Shown in pieces: positions 13,082 to 24,168 of a stretch of DNA of 64,000 nucleotides (its first letter is position 1; each line of letters starts with the position of its first letter). The stretch is taken from positions 2,170,001-2,234,000 of the forward strand of contig JBLDXI010000025.1 of assembly GCA_047495785.1 (NCBI GenBank), given 5' to 3'. This DNA comes from Lepidodermella squamata (Eukaryota; Animalia; Gastrotricha). A program made the position numbers and the translations under genes. The notes beneath the pieces were generated by a model. That model was not told where the DNA came from, searched no databases, and saw only the letters and a list, made by a program, of their open reading frames with translations.

Positions 13082-13516
13082 CCGGATCTGCCCGATAACA
13101 TTCAATAATTTTTTCGCGTTACCCCGCTTTCCCGCGGGAGAGTTGGGCTGTATTGCTGAATGCATTCGGGCGCCCGCGTTTCCCGGATTTTTTTATTGCC
13201 TTTTTCCCGCGATTCCCAGAAAATCCTAGCTCATCCGCAAGGGTGTATTTTTTTATTCCCCGCCTCGCCCGGGGTAGCCCGGCGGATTTCAAGGGAAAAC
13301 AATAAAAAATCCGGGCTGGGCGGGCAATGAGCACATTTATTTATTCGCCCTCGATTTTTTGCGGATAAGCTAGGATTTTCTGGGAATCGCGGGAAAAAAG
13401 CAATAAAAAAATCCGGGGAACGCGGGCGCCCGAATGCATTCAGCAATACAGCCCAACTCTCCCGTGGGAAAGCTGGGAAACGCGGAAAAATTATTGAATG
13501 TTATCGGGCAGATCCG
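13082..13516. repeat. GC-rich foldback: ~150-bp inverted-repeat arms around a ~136-bp spacer
   Basis: 13082-13231 (ccggatctgcccgataacattcaataatt...cccagaaaatcctagct) is the reverse complement of 13368-13516, with a few mismatches. Confidence 0.85.
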
Positions 13517-14023
13517 GGAAGTAACTTCGCCTGAGCGCGTTTTTGACACGATGCGCGTCATTCTTGCTAAGCAGCAATTTTATAGTGAATTGAAAAAGAG
13601 GATACTTTGATGCACATCGTTTTACTCTGTCGATAAGGCGGATTGTTCAAGTTGACACTAATTAGCTCTGTCAAATACAGATTTTCTAATTTGAAATTGT
13701 TTGTTATCGGTACCGATGAGTTTTTCATGGACTACTTGATCTCCTCCGCGCTCGTCAAGTTCGATAACAGCGATAATGGCCCTTTTTCGTAACCCCAGGA
13801 AAATTCGAAAAATCGCTTCCGTAATTGTAAAATTGGTATAAAAAGCGATCACAGATAGGTTAGGCTGAGCTGATTAATCGCGTATTCTAGTTAAATTAAA
13901 GTTATTTATTCAAGTTATTTAAGTTAAATTAAGTCATTCTTATGATTTTTTGCTGTGAAATCGCGTGCCTGATCAATTTTTTGCCTCATCGCCCGGCTTC
14001 GCCCGGTCTCAAAAGGCCGGGCG

Positions 14024-14460
14024 TTACGGGCTGGTCGGGAAGTGCGGGAAACCGGAGAAAATTGCTGAATGCTCGGCGGACGACACGGGTGAGTCAGGCT
14101 GTGCGGGGAGAATAAAAAATGTACATGGGCAGTGCCCGGCTTTTTTGCGTTCGGGCAGGCCGGGCTGAATATAAAAATACACCCCAAAGAAACACGGGCG
14201 AATATAAAAATGTGCTCATTACCCGCCCAACCCGGATTTTTTTATTTTTTTCCCGTGAAATCCGGCGGGCTGCCCCGGGCAAGGCGGGGAATAAAAAAAT
14301 ACACCCTTACGGGCTGGGCAGGAAGTGCGGGAAAATTGCTGAATGCTCTGCGGACGACACGGGCGAGTCGGGCTGTGCGGGCAGAATAAAAAAAATGTTC
14401 ATGGACAGTGCCCGGCTTTTTTGCGTTCGGGCAGGCCGGGCTGAATATAAAAATACACCC
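14024..14460. repeat. GC-rich composite repeat: two ~155-bp direct repeats flanking an inverted copy of the 13232-13367 spacer
   Basis: 14024-14184 matches 14307-14460 (ttacgggctgg..gaagtgcggga..attgctgaatgctc..cagtgcccggcttttttgcgttcgggcaggccgggctgaatataaaaatacaccc). 14196-14310 is the reverse complement of the foldback spacer. Confidence 0.8.
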
Positions 14461-15681
14461 ATATGCGGCGCCATTCGGGCGACGAGTTTTTTAATTCATA
14501 TGATTAACTTTTACGCTTTATAATATAGAATACAAATCTATGATGTTACCAGGCACGTGCTCAAAAAAGACCAATCAAAAAAAAAATCATTTGCGTTTGT
14601 GAAGCAAAGCAACGCCTTACGCCACCTCTATCAATGCAGTTGTACTTCCAGTTTTACAAATCAGCACAAATAATTTGATATAATACATGGACAACAGCGG
14701 CGACGGTGGGCGGAAACAGAAAGCTACAGTCTATTGCAATGTAATAAATTTGCGTGATTTTTTTCGACTTGATGTAACCATTTTTCATGCTTAGGTATGC
14801 GGCAAAGTTGTCCCGCCTAGGAAGACATACAATCCGAGGCAATGTGACGCCTGCCAGGTAGATTTTCCTCTCATATTCGTCCTTATATTATGCCAAGGAT
14901 TTTTTCCAGAAATTTTTCGCCCGGCAATCCCACCGGAGACTCGAATTTCAATGCATCACTGGAAAATTTCACTGCGAGATAGAACCTGGAAAAACTCGAG
15001 GCTGTTGTACCCGTTGCCGGCTTGAAAAATGTATTGCATCTCGGCAAGATATACGTATGCAAAATATTTTAGTGGAAAACAAATCAATAGAATTTTTTAG
15101 ATTTTAAAAAGCAACTTGTCGATGCTTCAGTTTCGGAAAATGAGCCAACTGAATCTTATGGGGCGGATCAAGATAATTCGAGGGTACTAATCGCCGATCC
15201 CGATGACCCGTGCCGCCTTAACTTGGTCGAAAAAGTGGCTAGAAAATCAATTGTCGGATTAACAATTCTACACGATTTACATTCGGTATGTACTCGCGTA
15301 AAAATTCGATGAAATACAGCAAAACTTCTTACCTTTTAGTTTCCTTTACGAACACGAATTAAGCCTTACGAAGATGTCAATATGTTGGCCGTAGACTTTT
15401 GCATCCACCACGTCAGCATTTTTTACAATTTGAGTTTCAAATTCGCCAATTACATGAAAGGTTGGATTTTTTTGCGTGTAAATTTCGTCGAATTATCGGA
15501 TTTTTTTAGAGGCATCATCATCATCATCATCATCATTTTATTCGTAAATAAGTATTTACAGGATTAGAAGGGCAGGCCACTTACACTAACCCTATTAGTT
15601 GTCATATAGCGTACTATTTTTTGATATCAAGTTTCCTTTACAGTATTGCAATAAATTTACACGATTAAGATTATTTTTAAA

Positions 15682-18069
15682 TTAGGCATTCTTCGTAGTA
15701 AGAGGTAGGCTATCATCAAAGTCAAAAATATGAGGCGGTAAACGATTCCATATATTTACAATACGATTTAAGAAGTAATTTTTATATATAGGCTTCGTAG
15801 GATTTTTAAAGTTATTATTAGGGTTAAGTACATTAAATCTGAACCGATGACCACGATTATTATTTTGCACAACAATTATATTATTTTTGATGGTTGTTTG
15901 CACGGACCCGTTAATAATTTTAAATAAGAAGCAAAGGTCGTAGATAAGGCGTCGTTCTTCGAGGGATTTAATATTCAGAATATTGAGGCGCTGTATATAA
16001 TTCGGCCTAGAGTAGTTAATAGTTGAGAATCCAAGAGCACGGCGAGTGAAATTAGCTTGTACTTTCTCAATAAGATCAATTATTGTTTTCAGACAGGGTG
16101 ACCATACAGTTGTGCAATATTCCAATAATGGCCTAACATATACACAGTAGGCCCATTTGAGGATATGAGGAGGTTGGCCTTTCAGGGCCCTGAGAATAAG
16201 GTTAGCCCGATTGTAGGCTTTAGAAATTATATCATTGATGTGAGATTTAAAATTCAACCTATCATCAACTATCAGACCCAAATCTTTATAGCTTGAGCAC
16301 TTTTTAAGAGGTGAGCCACCGAGGAAGTAAGTAGAATGAGGATTTTTTGGGCCCAGGTGAAGTACGGCACACTTTTCCAGCGATAACTTTAGTTGCCAAG
16401 TTGTGATCCACTTGAATAAATTATTGAGCGATAAAGATAAGCGTTTAGAGGCGGAGTCATCGTCACGATAGAAAAGAACGTAAAGCTTACAATCGTCAGC
16501 GAAGAGTTTGATCGAGACACCTTTCGGTAGGGAAGAGGTGAGATCATTTATATAGATAAGGAATAATAGAGGACCAAGTATCGAGCCTTGAGGTACCCCA
16601 CTAGAAACAGAACTTTCACTACTTAACGTGCCATTAACGTTAACTTGCTGAGAACGTTCGGTAAGATAAGAAGACAGCCAATTTATAAGGTTTCCGGAGA
16701 CACCTAGCGATTCAAGTTTCATAAGCAGTTTTCTGTGGCAAACAGTGTCGAAAGCTTTAGCTAGGTCAATATATACTATATCCACACAATTCGAACTTTC
16801 AATGGCGAAAGACCAGTCGAGGAAACATTCTAACATTTGCGTTGCAGTGGATTTAAGCCTCATGAAGCCATGTTGTTCAGCTGAAATAATATTATGGTAA
16901 AGAAGATAGTCTAATAAGTTATTACGAATAATAGTTTCCAATATTCTACATGGCGTAGGAGTAAGCGAGATTGGCCTGTAATCAGCAGGATTTTTTGAGT
17001 TTCCTTTTTTTGGAATGGGCGTGACGAAGGCTTTTTTCCAAGACTTAGGAACGTGACCTTGAGACAATGAGAGGGAGAAAATATGAGTCAGAGGTTTAGC
17101 TATAGAAGAGCCTAATTTTTTGAAGAAGACAGTAGGAAGGCCATCTGGGCATATCGAATGAGAATCAGACAGGTTTAGAATAATTTCAAGAGTAGAGTCT
17201 TCGTTAAAATTCAAAGATGCGAGACAGTCATTAATACTACTCGTAAATTGAGGGGTCAAATTATCATCAAGAGTGAAGACAGAGGAGAATTGGTCATTTA
17301 GAGCCTCGGCTTTTTCGCGGTTTTCAACACATAGAACACCAGAGCTATTAAGAAGAGGAGGAATTTTTGAGTGATCGTCTAATTTAGAATTTACAAAGCT
17401 GTACATTTTTGATACATTTTTCGAAGAAATCATATTTCTCACATTATCATTTTCAAATTTTTCAACAGCAGTTTTATACTGAGAAGCAAGTAGATTGAAG
17501 GTGTTAAGAGCAGCACAATAATTAGGTGAGCTAGTTTTTAAAGATTTCAATTTGCGCCACGCATTGAGCTTTTTATTACTAAGTTTACGGATATTCTTTG
17601 GATATTTGAAACGTTTTTTGATATTTGAGCGAGGAGGAACCCATTTATCAACAAGAGATAGAAGAAAGGAATTGAATTTGATGTAAGATTTTTCAACATC
17701 ATGGTCACAATCGAGGAAGAAATCATCCCAATTTACTTCATTCAGACTTTTACCGATCTGGAGAAAGTCAGCCTTGTGAAAATTATAATTGGATATTTCA
17801 GGGGTTTTCAGCGAGTGAGGAGAAAATGAGTTCACATCGATATCAAAGAGAATAGAAAAATGGTCGCTGGTGGAGAAAGGTTCAGACACACATAAATTGA
17901 AAATACTGCGACTGGAGTTTGAAAGCACAACGTCAAGAATGGATTCACTGTCTTTTTTAGTAGGTTCGAACACATGTTGTAGTAACGAATTTTTTGAAAA
18001 GCAGTCTAGAAATAGAGTTTCCATTTTATGATAAGATTTGTTCAGATTTTCCCAGTCGATTTTTGGCAA
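15682..18069 (-). CDS. LINE ORF2 (C-terminal half of APE endonuclease plus reverse transcriptase), N-truncated
   Basis: GDLNLPKIDW..PT..ILDVVL..SDH (APE C-half), YRPISL, QHGF, DLAKAFDTV, GVPQGSILGPLLF, FADDCKL. In-frame stops lie just upstream of IFVVGDLN. A TAA at 15682 is followed by FKNNL.., suggesting a premature stop. Confidence 0.9.
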   Translation of the reverse strand: MPKIDWENLNKSYHKMETLFLDCFSKNSLLQHVFEPTKKDSESILDVVLSNSSRSIFNLCVSEPFSTSDHFSILFDIDVNSFSPHSLKTPEISNYNFHKADFLQIGKSLNEVNWDDFFLDCDHDVEKSYIKFNSFLLSLVDKWVPPRSNIKKRFKYPKNIRKLSNKKLNAWRKLKSLKTSSPNYCAALNTFNLLASQYKTAVEKFENDNVRNMISSKNVSKMYSFVNSKLDDHSKIPPLLNSSGVLCVENREKAEALNDQFSSVFTLDDNLTPQFTSSINDCLASLNFNEDSTLEIILNLSDSHSICPDGLPTVFFKKLGSSIAKPLTHIFSLSLSQGHVPKSWKKAFVTPIPKKGNSKNPADYRPISLTPTPCRILETIIRNNLLDYLLYHNIISAEQHGFMRLKSTATQMLECFLDWSFAIESSNCVDIVYIDLAKAFDTVCHRKLLMKLESLGVSGNLINWLSSYLTERSQQVNVNGTLSSESSVSSGVPQGSILGPLLFLIYINDLTSSLPKGVSIKLFADDCKLYVLFYRDDDSASKRLSLSLNNLFKWITTWQLKLSLEKCAVLHLGPKNPHSTYFLGGSPLKKCSSYKDLGLIVDDRLNFKSHINDIISKAYNRANLILRALKGQPPHILKWAYCVYVRPLLEYCTTVWSPCLKTIIDLIEKVQANFTRRALGFSTINYSRPNYIQRLNILNIKSLEERRLIYDLCFLFKIINGSVQTTIKNNIIVVQNNNRGHRFRFNVLNPNNNFKNPTKPIYKNYFLNRIVNIWNRLPPHIFDFDDSLPLTTKNA

Positions 18070-18164
18070 ATTTAGATCGCCAACTACAAAAATCGGACTA
18101 CAAAACTACAAAACACTTTATAATAGAATTGGTCAAAGTGGGCCAGAGTAGTGCCTGCTGCTGT

Positions 18165-18845
18165 CTAGGCCGTCTTTTTTGCCCTCGGGGGTAGAGCCGC
18201 AGCTACAGCGTCTTCAAACAGGTCGCAATCGGTGAAAGAATACGAGAAACTGCCAGCCGATGTAATCAGCTGGAAACCTCCCGGTCCGTAACCGTGTTTC
18301 AGGCCAGTATTAGCCATCTTCAACTCCTCCAGCTTTTCGTGAACCAGACGATTCATATTGGACCGATGTTTGGTGAGATAACGCTTAACCACAACCTTGG
18401 CTTGATTCTTCGTGTCCGGCTTGTGTTTATTCGTGCAATTCTTCAGGATGACCTCCGCTTCAGCCGATTTTAACTCGACCTTGATTGGACGAGGTTTAGA
18501 CTGAGTGGCCGGCCGACCAACGGGCCTAGTGCCAAGGCGTGCGGCTTTGAAAGTGACATCAGCCAACTCGGGAACATGCTCTTTAATGGTGTTAATAATA
18601 CTATCTTCATTTGCCTCCGGAACGTTGTAAATCAGAGCGCAATTTGCCAGTTGAGATTCTTCAACTCGATTCAGCTTGATGTTAATCTCAAAATTACCAG
18701 CAGTAAGTTGGTCCACCTTTGCTTTGAGTGAATCGATTTCCGATTTGATCTCATTTACCACTAGCGTGTGGTGAGCCTTAAGCCGCTCCTCAACACCATC
18801 AATAAGGGACTTGAAAAAGGCCTTGTCGGCGTCGTTAAGAGGCAT
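18165..18845 (-). CDS. LINE ORF1 (coiled coil plus RRM-like nucleic acid chaperone)
   Basis: 226 aa with a heptad N-terminus (IKSEIDSLKAKVDQL), then NCALIYNVPE..RLG..KPRPIKVEL..YLT, a typical LINE ORF1 pattern. Lies upstream of ORF2. Confidence 0.8.
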   Translation of the reverse strand: MPLNDADKAFFKSLIDGVEERLKAHHTLVVNEIKSEIDSLKAKVDQLTAGNFEINIKLNRVEESQLANCALIYNVPEANEDSIINTIKEHVPELADVTFKAARLGTRPVGRPATQSKPRPIKVELKSAEAEVILKNCTNKHKPDTKNQAKVVVKRYLTKHRSNMNRLVHEKLEELKMANTGLKHGYGPGGFQLITSAGSFSYSFTDCDLFEDAVAAALPPRAKKTA

Positions 18846-19297
18846 TTAATTATTTGGCTCAATGCCAGTATATTAAAAAATATTTTTTAAAGCAAGTTGT
18901 TGTTAAAAAGCAGCAAAAAATCAAGTTGCTTTTAGAATGAAATCGTGCGTCAATCGGCATTCTCGTTGTCGGACTCTGATTTAAACGCGGTTTTGACCAC
19001 CGGCTGGACACGAACGGCTTTCGTTTTCGCAGCTCTGCCGAGTAACCAATGCGCCATGTCCATCAGCGACGCTGTTCTACCGCAATTTCTAACCATTTTC
19101 CCGGAATATCAGGTAAATGAGACCAGATTAATCAATTCTGCTGTGATTATTGTGGGAAATGGACGATTGCCAATTGCCAATAATCATCAATAATTTAGGT
19201 TAGATGTTAGAATCTTTGAATATGGGCTTGGGCGAGGATCTTCAAAACCGGAAACGGTATATACAGCGTTCAGTCCCGAGAGGAAAATTAAAAACAT

Positions 19298-19359
19298 TAT
19301 TCATTCATTCATTCATTCATTCATTCGTTGAAATTGAAATTTGAATTGAAATTGAAATT
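19298..19359. repeat. Microsatellites (attc)n and (gaaatt)n in an NHR-4 intron
   Basis: attcattcattc... followed by ttgaaattgaaatttgaattgaaattgaaatt. Confidence 0.8.
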
Positions 19360-20781
19360 TTAGGTCGTACATATTAAGAAATTATCTCTTTTTATCTACA
19401 GTGAAAATCAAAAGTTACGCACTGTCAGGAATTTCTTGAGTTGAAGCTAAAAATATCTCACACGCGCCCGAACTATTTTTAGCTCCAAGCTTGGGTTGAA
19501 CTCAGCTAAAAATGTAAAGTGTAACTCGGGCAGACCACGAAGTTTTAATAGTTTTAAAAATATGAATATTCATAAGGTGCTAATTGATATTCCGAAGCCC
19601 TCAAAGTTGATAATTATGTCAGAAAAATTATGGAAAAATTATTTTTGATTTGTTAAAACCTTACTCCAAGTGCTCAAATTTTTCTGCAATTTTTGGCACT
19701 TAACTAAGAATGTCACATCTCATGAATATATTCATATTATTGAAACTATCCCCCTTTTCTTGGAGCTATTTTTGGAGATCGTGAAAAAGGCGTCATTTTG
19801 GTCCGTTTTGCGGGGGATAAACAGCCTCATTTCGCACGTGCGAAAAATTTCTACTAGGATCGCCTCTCTTCCACCGTGCGGATCTTTTGATTGTCACTGT
19901 ATAGGTTAAAATTAACTTCCTCTGACCATTGCAGGTGACCAGCTATTTCCGAATAAAATGGGACTGCTTCGGAAATTTTTGGAAATAAATTGGCTAAAAT
20001 ATAAAAAGAATTACACAAATTTAATTCATTTTCAAACTTTAATTTATTATGCAGGCAATTATGGATCTGTCGAAGGACCTTTCGCACGTGATAAGCTGCT
20101 GGAGTCCATCGATGCCCGAATTCGCCTTATTACTCAGTTATTTGTTCCTCAGTGGTAAGTAGAATTTCGTGAGCCCGATGTTTTCTCAAAATTTCCGGCG
20201 CTATTTTTAGGGAAAGGTTTTCGGAGAACAAATCCCAGATTGGCGCAACTTTCTAAACTGGTTAAGCATTCTCTCGTTTCCATGCAATTTTCAAACTCGC
20301 GTAAAAGCTATATCAATCAAATTATAGAAATTATGGACGATGTGTTATCGCGTTTTCCGACTGCCGCCAAGATCACGGCTGCTCGCCGAGATTTTGCTTT
20401 CCCTGAGAAACAATACAGCATGGTTTTGGAGAGGGTTTCCTCGTCTTGAATATGGATAATTAATAAAACTGAAATCTTATGGGCTCGTATTTTTATTTTG
20501 GCTCGCAAATTAGCCTTGGTAAATAAACTTAAATGTGTTGTTATTCTGAGGAGCACGAGTTAGTTGTCATGACTGGCACGCGATCATAAATGAATGGCGA
20601 AATTGGAATAAAAAAATTAAGGCGGCTTAAATCTTAAATTCTTAAATAAATTCGCAAATATCAATATATCAAACTTTATTACTTGTAGTATCAATTTTTC
20701 AACAATTAACGCTAAATTCTTGAATTTTCCTGTTATTCGATCATTCCTAGAATTTTTGTTTTCCCACTAGATCAATATAGG

Positions 20782-23271
20782 ATGATTTGGCTTAAATTGA
20801 TACCAATTTTCCTAATATTTTTGGAATCATCGGTTATTATAACGGCTGAGGTGTCTGAAAATGCTAACATCGACGAAGTCTGCCAGACAACAGAGTGCGT
20901 CATAGCCGCCGGGACGATACTTTCATCGATGAATTTCGAAGCAGACCCGTGCGAAGATTTCTACGAGTACGCATGTGGAAATTTCGAGCAAATCCACGCA
21001 ATACCAGCCGGTGAGAGCAAATTTCGCCAGCTCAACGTCATCGATCGAGTCCTTCAGCGACACCTGCGAGATTTACTAGAAAATCGGGGGAAAACCGAGA
21101 AGACCCGAGCAAAAGCGCGGCGTTACTACCAGGCCTGCATGGACGAGGAAGAAGTCGCGAAAAATTCCGTAAAATGGTTCAGAAAAATCATCGATGAACT
21201 AGGCGGATTATTTTTAAATAAAAGCACCGAAAAATTACCTGAAAACTGGTGCTTTACCGAGCTGTTGGAATTACGCAATCATTACTCGTCGAGTGGGCCG
21301 TTTTCGACGTCAATCGGCCCGGATGATAAAAAGGTCACGGCTAACATTTTGAAGTTGGAACAAGACGGCCTCGGCCTTGGCCTAGATTCGCGCGATTATT
21401 ACGTCAATAAAAGCGCGTCAACTGACCCAGTTTTGTCGGCCTATGTTGACCTATTAAAAAGTTACGCTGACCTAATTGTGGGCGAAAACCAGGTTGAACG
21501 TCGATTTTTCGTTGAAATCGTGGAATTTGAGCAGAAATTAGCAGCAATTCATCGACCGCGTACGGACCAAGCTAATGTAGCTGAGAATTATTTTCGAACA
21601 AATATCGCCTGGCTTGAGGACGAATTGGACTTCATAAATTGGCAGAGTTATTTCAACGAGTATTTAAAACCAGCAGCACTGAAAATTAATGAATCAGAGC
21701 CGATTTTGCTGTACAATGTTGAATATTTCCGTGATTTAAATCGGCTGATGAGGAAGCAACTGTCGACAAATCACGGCCGTCGTGCTCTTCAAAATTACGC
21801 TGTGCTTCACGTTATTAATTTTTACGCGCCGTACCTGGGCGGTGAATTTCTGGCGGCTCGTGATAAATTTATGGCGGTTTTTACCGGGCAGAAAGGATCT
21901 TCGGAACGGTGGCAAACTTGCTTAGCAGATACTGATGCGAATGTTGGCTTTGCTCTCGGGGCTATGTACGTTGAAAAGTACTTTCCAGAAAGGAATAAAT
22001 TACTAGTAAGTTCTGTGGAAAAATTCAAATTTTTCGAAAATTGATATTCAGAGAAATTGGAAATCAAGATATTTTCCTAATTTAATTCAGATTTTTTTAA
22101 ATTTTAGAGTGAAAGAATTGTGGTCGACCTAATAAGGTCGTTTCGTTCTCGAATTAAACGCGCAAAATGGATGGATGAAAAAACGCGTAAGAATGCCCTG
22201 GAAAAAATCGACTCCCTAAAATATCACGTCGCGTACCCGGACTGGCTTCTGAACACCACCTACCTCGAAGAATATTACAAAGGTCTAAATGTGACTGAGG
22301 ACTATGTCGAAAACCAGTTTTTATCCTTCAACCACGCGAAAATCAGGATGTTGAAGACGCTGAGAAGTGGTCCTGATCCATTAAGATGGGACATGACGCC
22401 GCAAACGATTAACGGCTACTACGAGACGACGCAGAATAAAATTGTCATACCAGCTGGAATTCTCAATCAGCCGTATTTTTTCCAGACAAAAGGAATTCCG
22501 ACAGCTTTAAATTACGGCGCAATAGGATGCGTTGTGGGACATGAGGTGACTAATTTTAGTAAAAAAAATCTGAAAAATAAATTTCCTTCAAAATTCCCTT
22601 CCAAACTATGCTCGAAATTTTTTAAAATAATTGCTAATTATCACTCAATTAATCTAATTTAATTTCCAATTTTTCTCGAGTTTTTCCGATTTTTTTCCAA
22701 TTTTCAAAAAATTTCAAAATTTCAAGCCTTTCAATAATTTGAATTTCTTCCTTGATAGCAATTTTTCTCTTTTTAGATTTCACATGGTTTCGATAATGTT
22801 GGTCGCGAGTATGACAAGTTGGGCAATCTTCACAACTGGTGGACCGATGAAACGCGGAGCCATTTCGAAGCTCAATCCGCCTGCCTCGTCGCTAAATTCA
22901 ACCAGTACCAAATCGACGGGCTACATCTACGCGGAGATCAAACTCTAGGCGAAAACATAGCTGACGATGCTGGCATTAAAGCTAGCTACCAGGCCTTTGC
23001 CGAAGCGAGAAAATCAGGCCGGACCAGCCGCTATCGCCAGTTAATTGGAACTACCTTGAACGAGGACCAGCTATTTTTTGTCGGCTGGGCGCAGCAGTGG
23101 TGTTCAATTTATTCGCCGCAAATGATAAAATTCGCGATTTTACGCGACGAACACACGCTGTTCAAATTTCGTGTCACCGGCCCGATTTCGAATTCAAAAG
23201 ATTTCGCGCGAGCTTTCGAGTGCCCACTTGGATCTCCGATGAATCCTGAGAAGAAGTGTTCTGTTTGGTGA
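20782..23271 (+). CDS. Neprilysin / M13 metallopeptidase NEP-A, secreted form (introns 22006-22107, 22546-22776)
   Basis: Signal peptide MIWLKLIPIFLIFLESSVIITA; C.T.EC, DPCEDFYEYACG, GHE|ISHGFD, GENIADDAG, DEH...FRV and C-terminal CSVW. Confidence 0.93.
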
Positions 23272-23451
23272 AACACAAATTATCTGATCAATTAATAAAT
23301 TATGCACCAATTTTATTATACATTTAACAATAAAATCAATTTTTCGAAAAATTGGTCATTTTTATTAATAATCAAAAAATGCGAGAAAGCAGATGAGCTC
23401 ATTTTTTATGCTAAATTCCAGTTGAGCTTTAGGCATGAAAAAATTGAAATT

Positions 23452-23658
23452 TTATTTAATGTGCGCATGGTCGTAGGTAGGGTCTTTTTTGCCGCAATGG
23501 ACGCACTCGAAATGGCGGCATTTTCGCTTCTTCGATCGGCAAATTGAGCAGATTTCACCGTCAGAAAAATTAGCCATCCTCAGGTGTCGCCAATAGTGAT
23601 GACCATCGCCCGGGCTCTCAGCACCACACACTAGGCATTGTCGGATTTTAGAAGGCAT
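23452..23658 (-). CDS. 68-aa Cys/His-rich putative zinc-binding microprotein
   Basis: MPSKIRQCLVCG..HHYWRH..CSIC..CRH.ECVHCG..DHAHIK*, with three CxxC motifs. TATAAAA lies ~60 nt upstream of the ATG and AATAAA overlaps the stop. Confidence 0.5.
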   Translation of the reverse strand: MPSKIRQCLVCGAESPGDGHHYWRHLRMANFSDGEICSICRSKKRKCRHFECVHCGKKDPTYDHAHIK

Positions 23659-24168
23659 TTTTATGAGGTAAAAAAGTTGATAAACAGGCACATTTGTGCA
23701 TAAATCAACTCGCGCTTTTATAGCTTGGCACAGCGTGATTCATGAATATTATTGTGATCGATAAGGAATGCGTAGGTGACCAGTGTGCCTTATCAAGTTT
23801 TCATAGTAAAAGCCACCCATAGATGAATCTGAATGCACTTGGAATTTCTGGAAAAATCTCGTGATCTGAGAAATTTAAAGACAAAAGTGATGAGTCATCA
23901 TTATTACCGCCGCAAGCTCAACTGAATAAAATATGACGAGTGTCCACTTTTGTCGTAAATTTCAGGCAAAGTGCGATGCGGCTTACAGAATACAATATTA
24001 TATTGAATAACATCATTTTTTTGTTTCTTCTTTGCACTTCCTGTTTGTATCGATAAACATGATGAGCGGAGGCTCACGAGCGGACGCATAATATTTTGTG
24101 CCAAGGGATACGTATTACGCGATATTGAATACACAAGTTAGAATACAAATTTGCACTCGCGCAAATAA

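Larger units (their letters stand above)
15516..18955 (-). mobile_element. CR1/L2-clade-like non-LTR retrotransposon with both ends present, an internal deletion and a 5-bp TSD (ggcat)
   Basis: ORF1 plus RT ORF2. The 3' end has AATAAA followed by an (ATG)n tail (cat x8 at 15513-15536 on +). ggcat occurs at 15511-15515 and 18956-18960, and the paralogue NHR-3 shows the empty site. Confidence 0.9.
14687..20449 (+). pseudogene. Nuclear receptor NHR-4 (close paralogue of NHR-3) disrupted by an exonic LINE insertion
   Basis: MDNSGDGGRKQKATVYCN|VCGKVVPPRKTYNPRQCDACQ|KFFARQSHRRLEFQCITGKFHCEIEPGKTRGCCTRCRLEKCIA. The EAFSLSDSD exon is split after its 6th base (aggcat|LINE|ggcat-tctcg). The downstream exons I checked are intact to the stop at 20449. 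Confidence 0.75.

Noticed and set aside
13119-14523. Multiple overlapping ORFs in the GC-rich region
   Set aside because: By-products of the inverted and direct repeat structure. This is not a CRISPR array either: there is no regular repeat-spacer periodicity and the context is eukaryotic.
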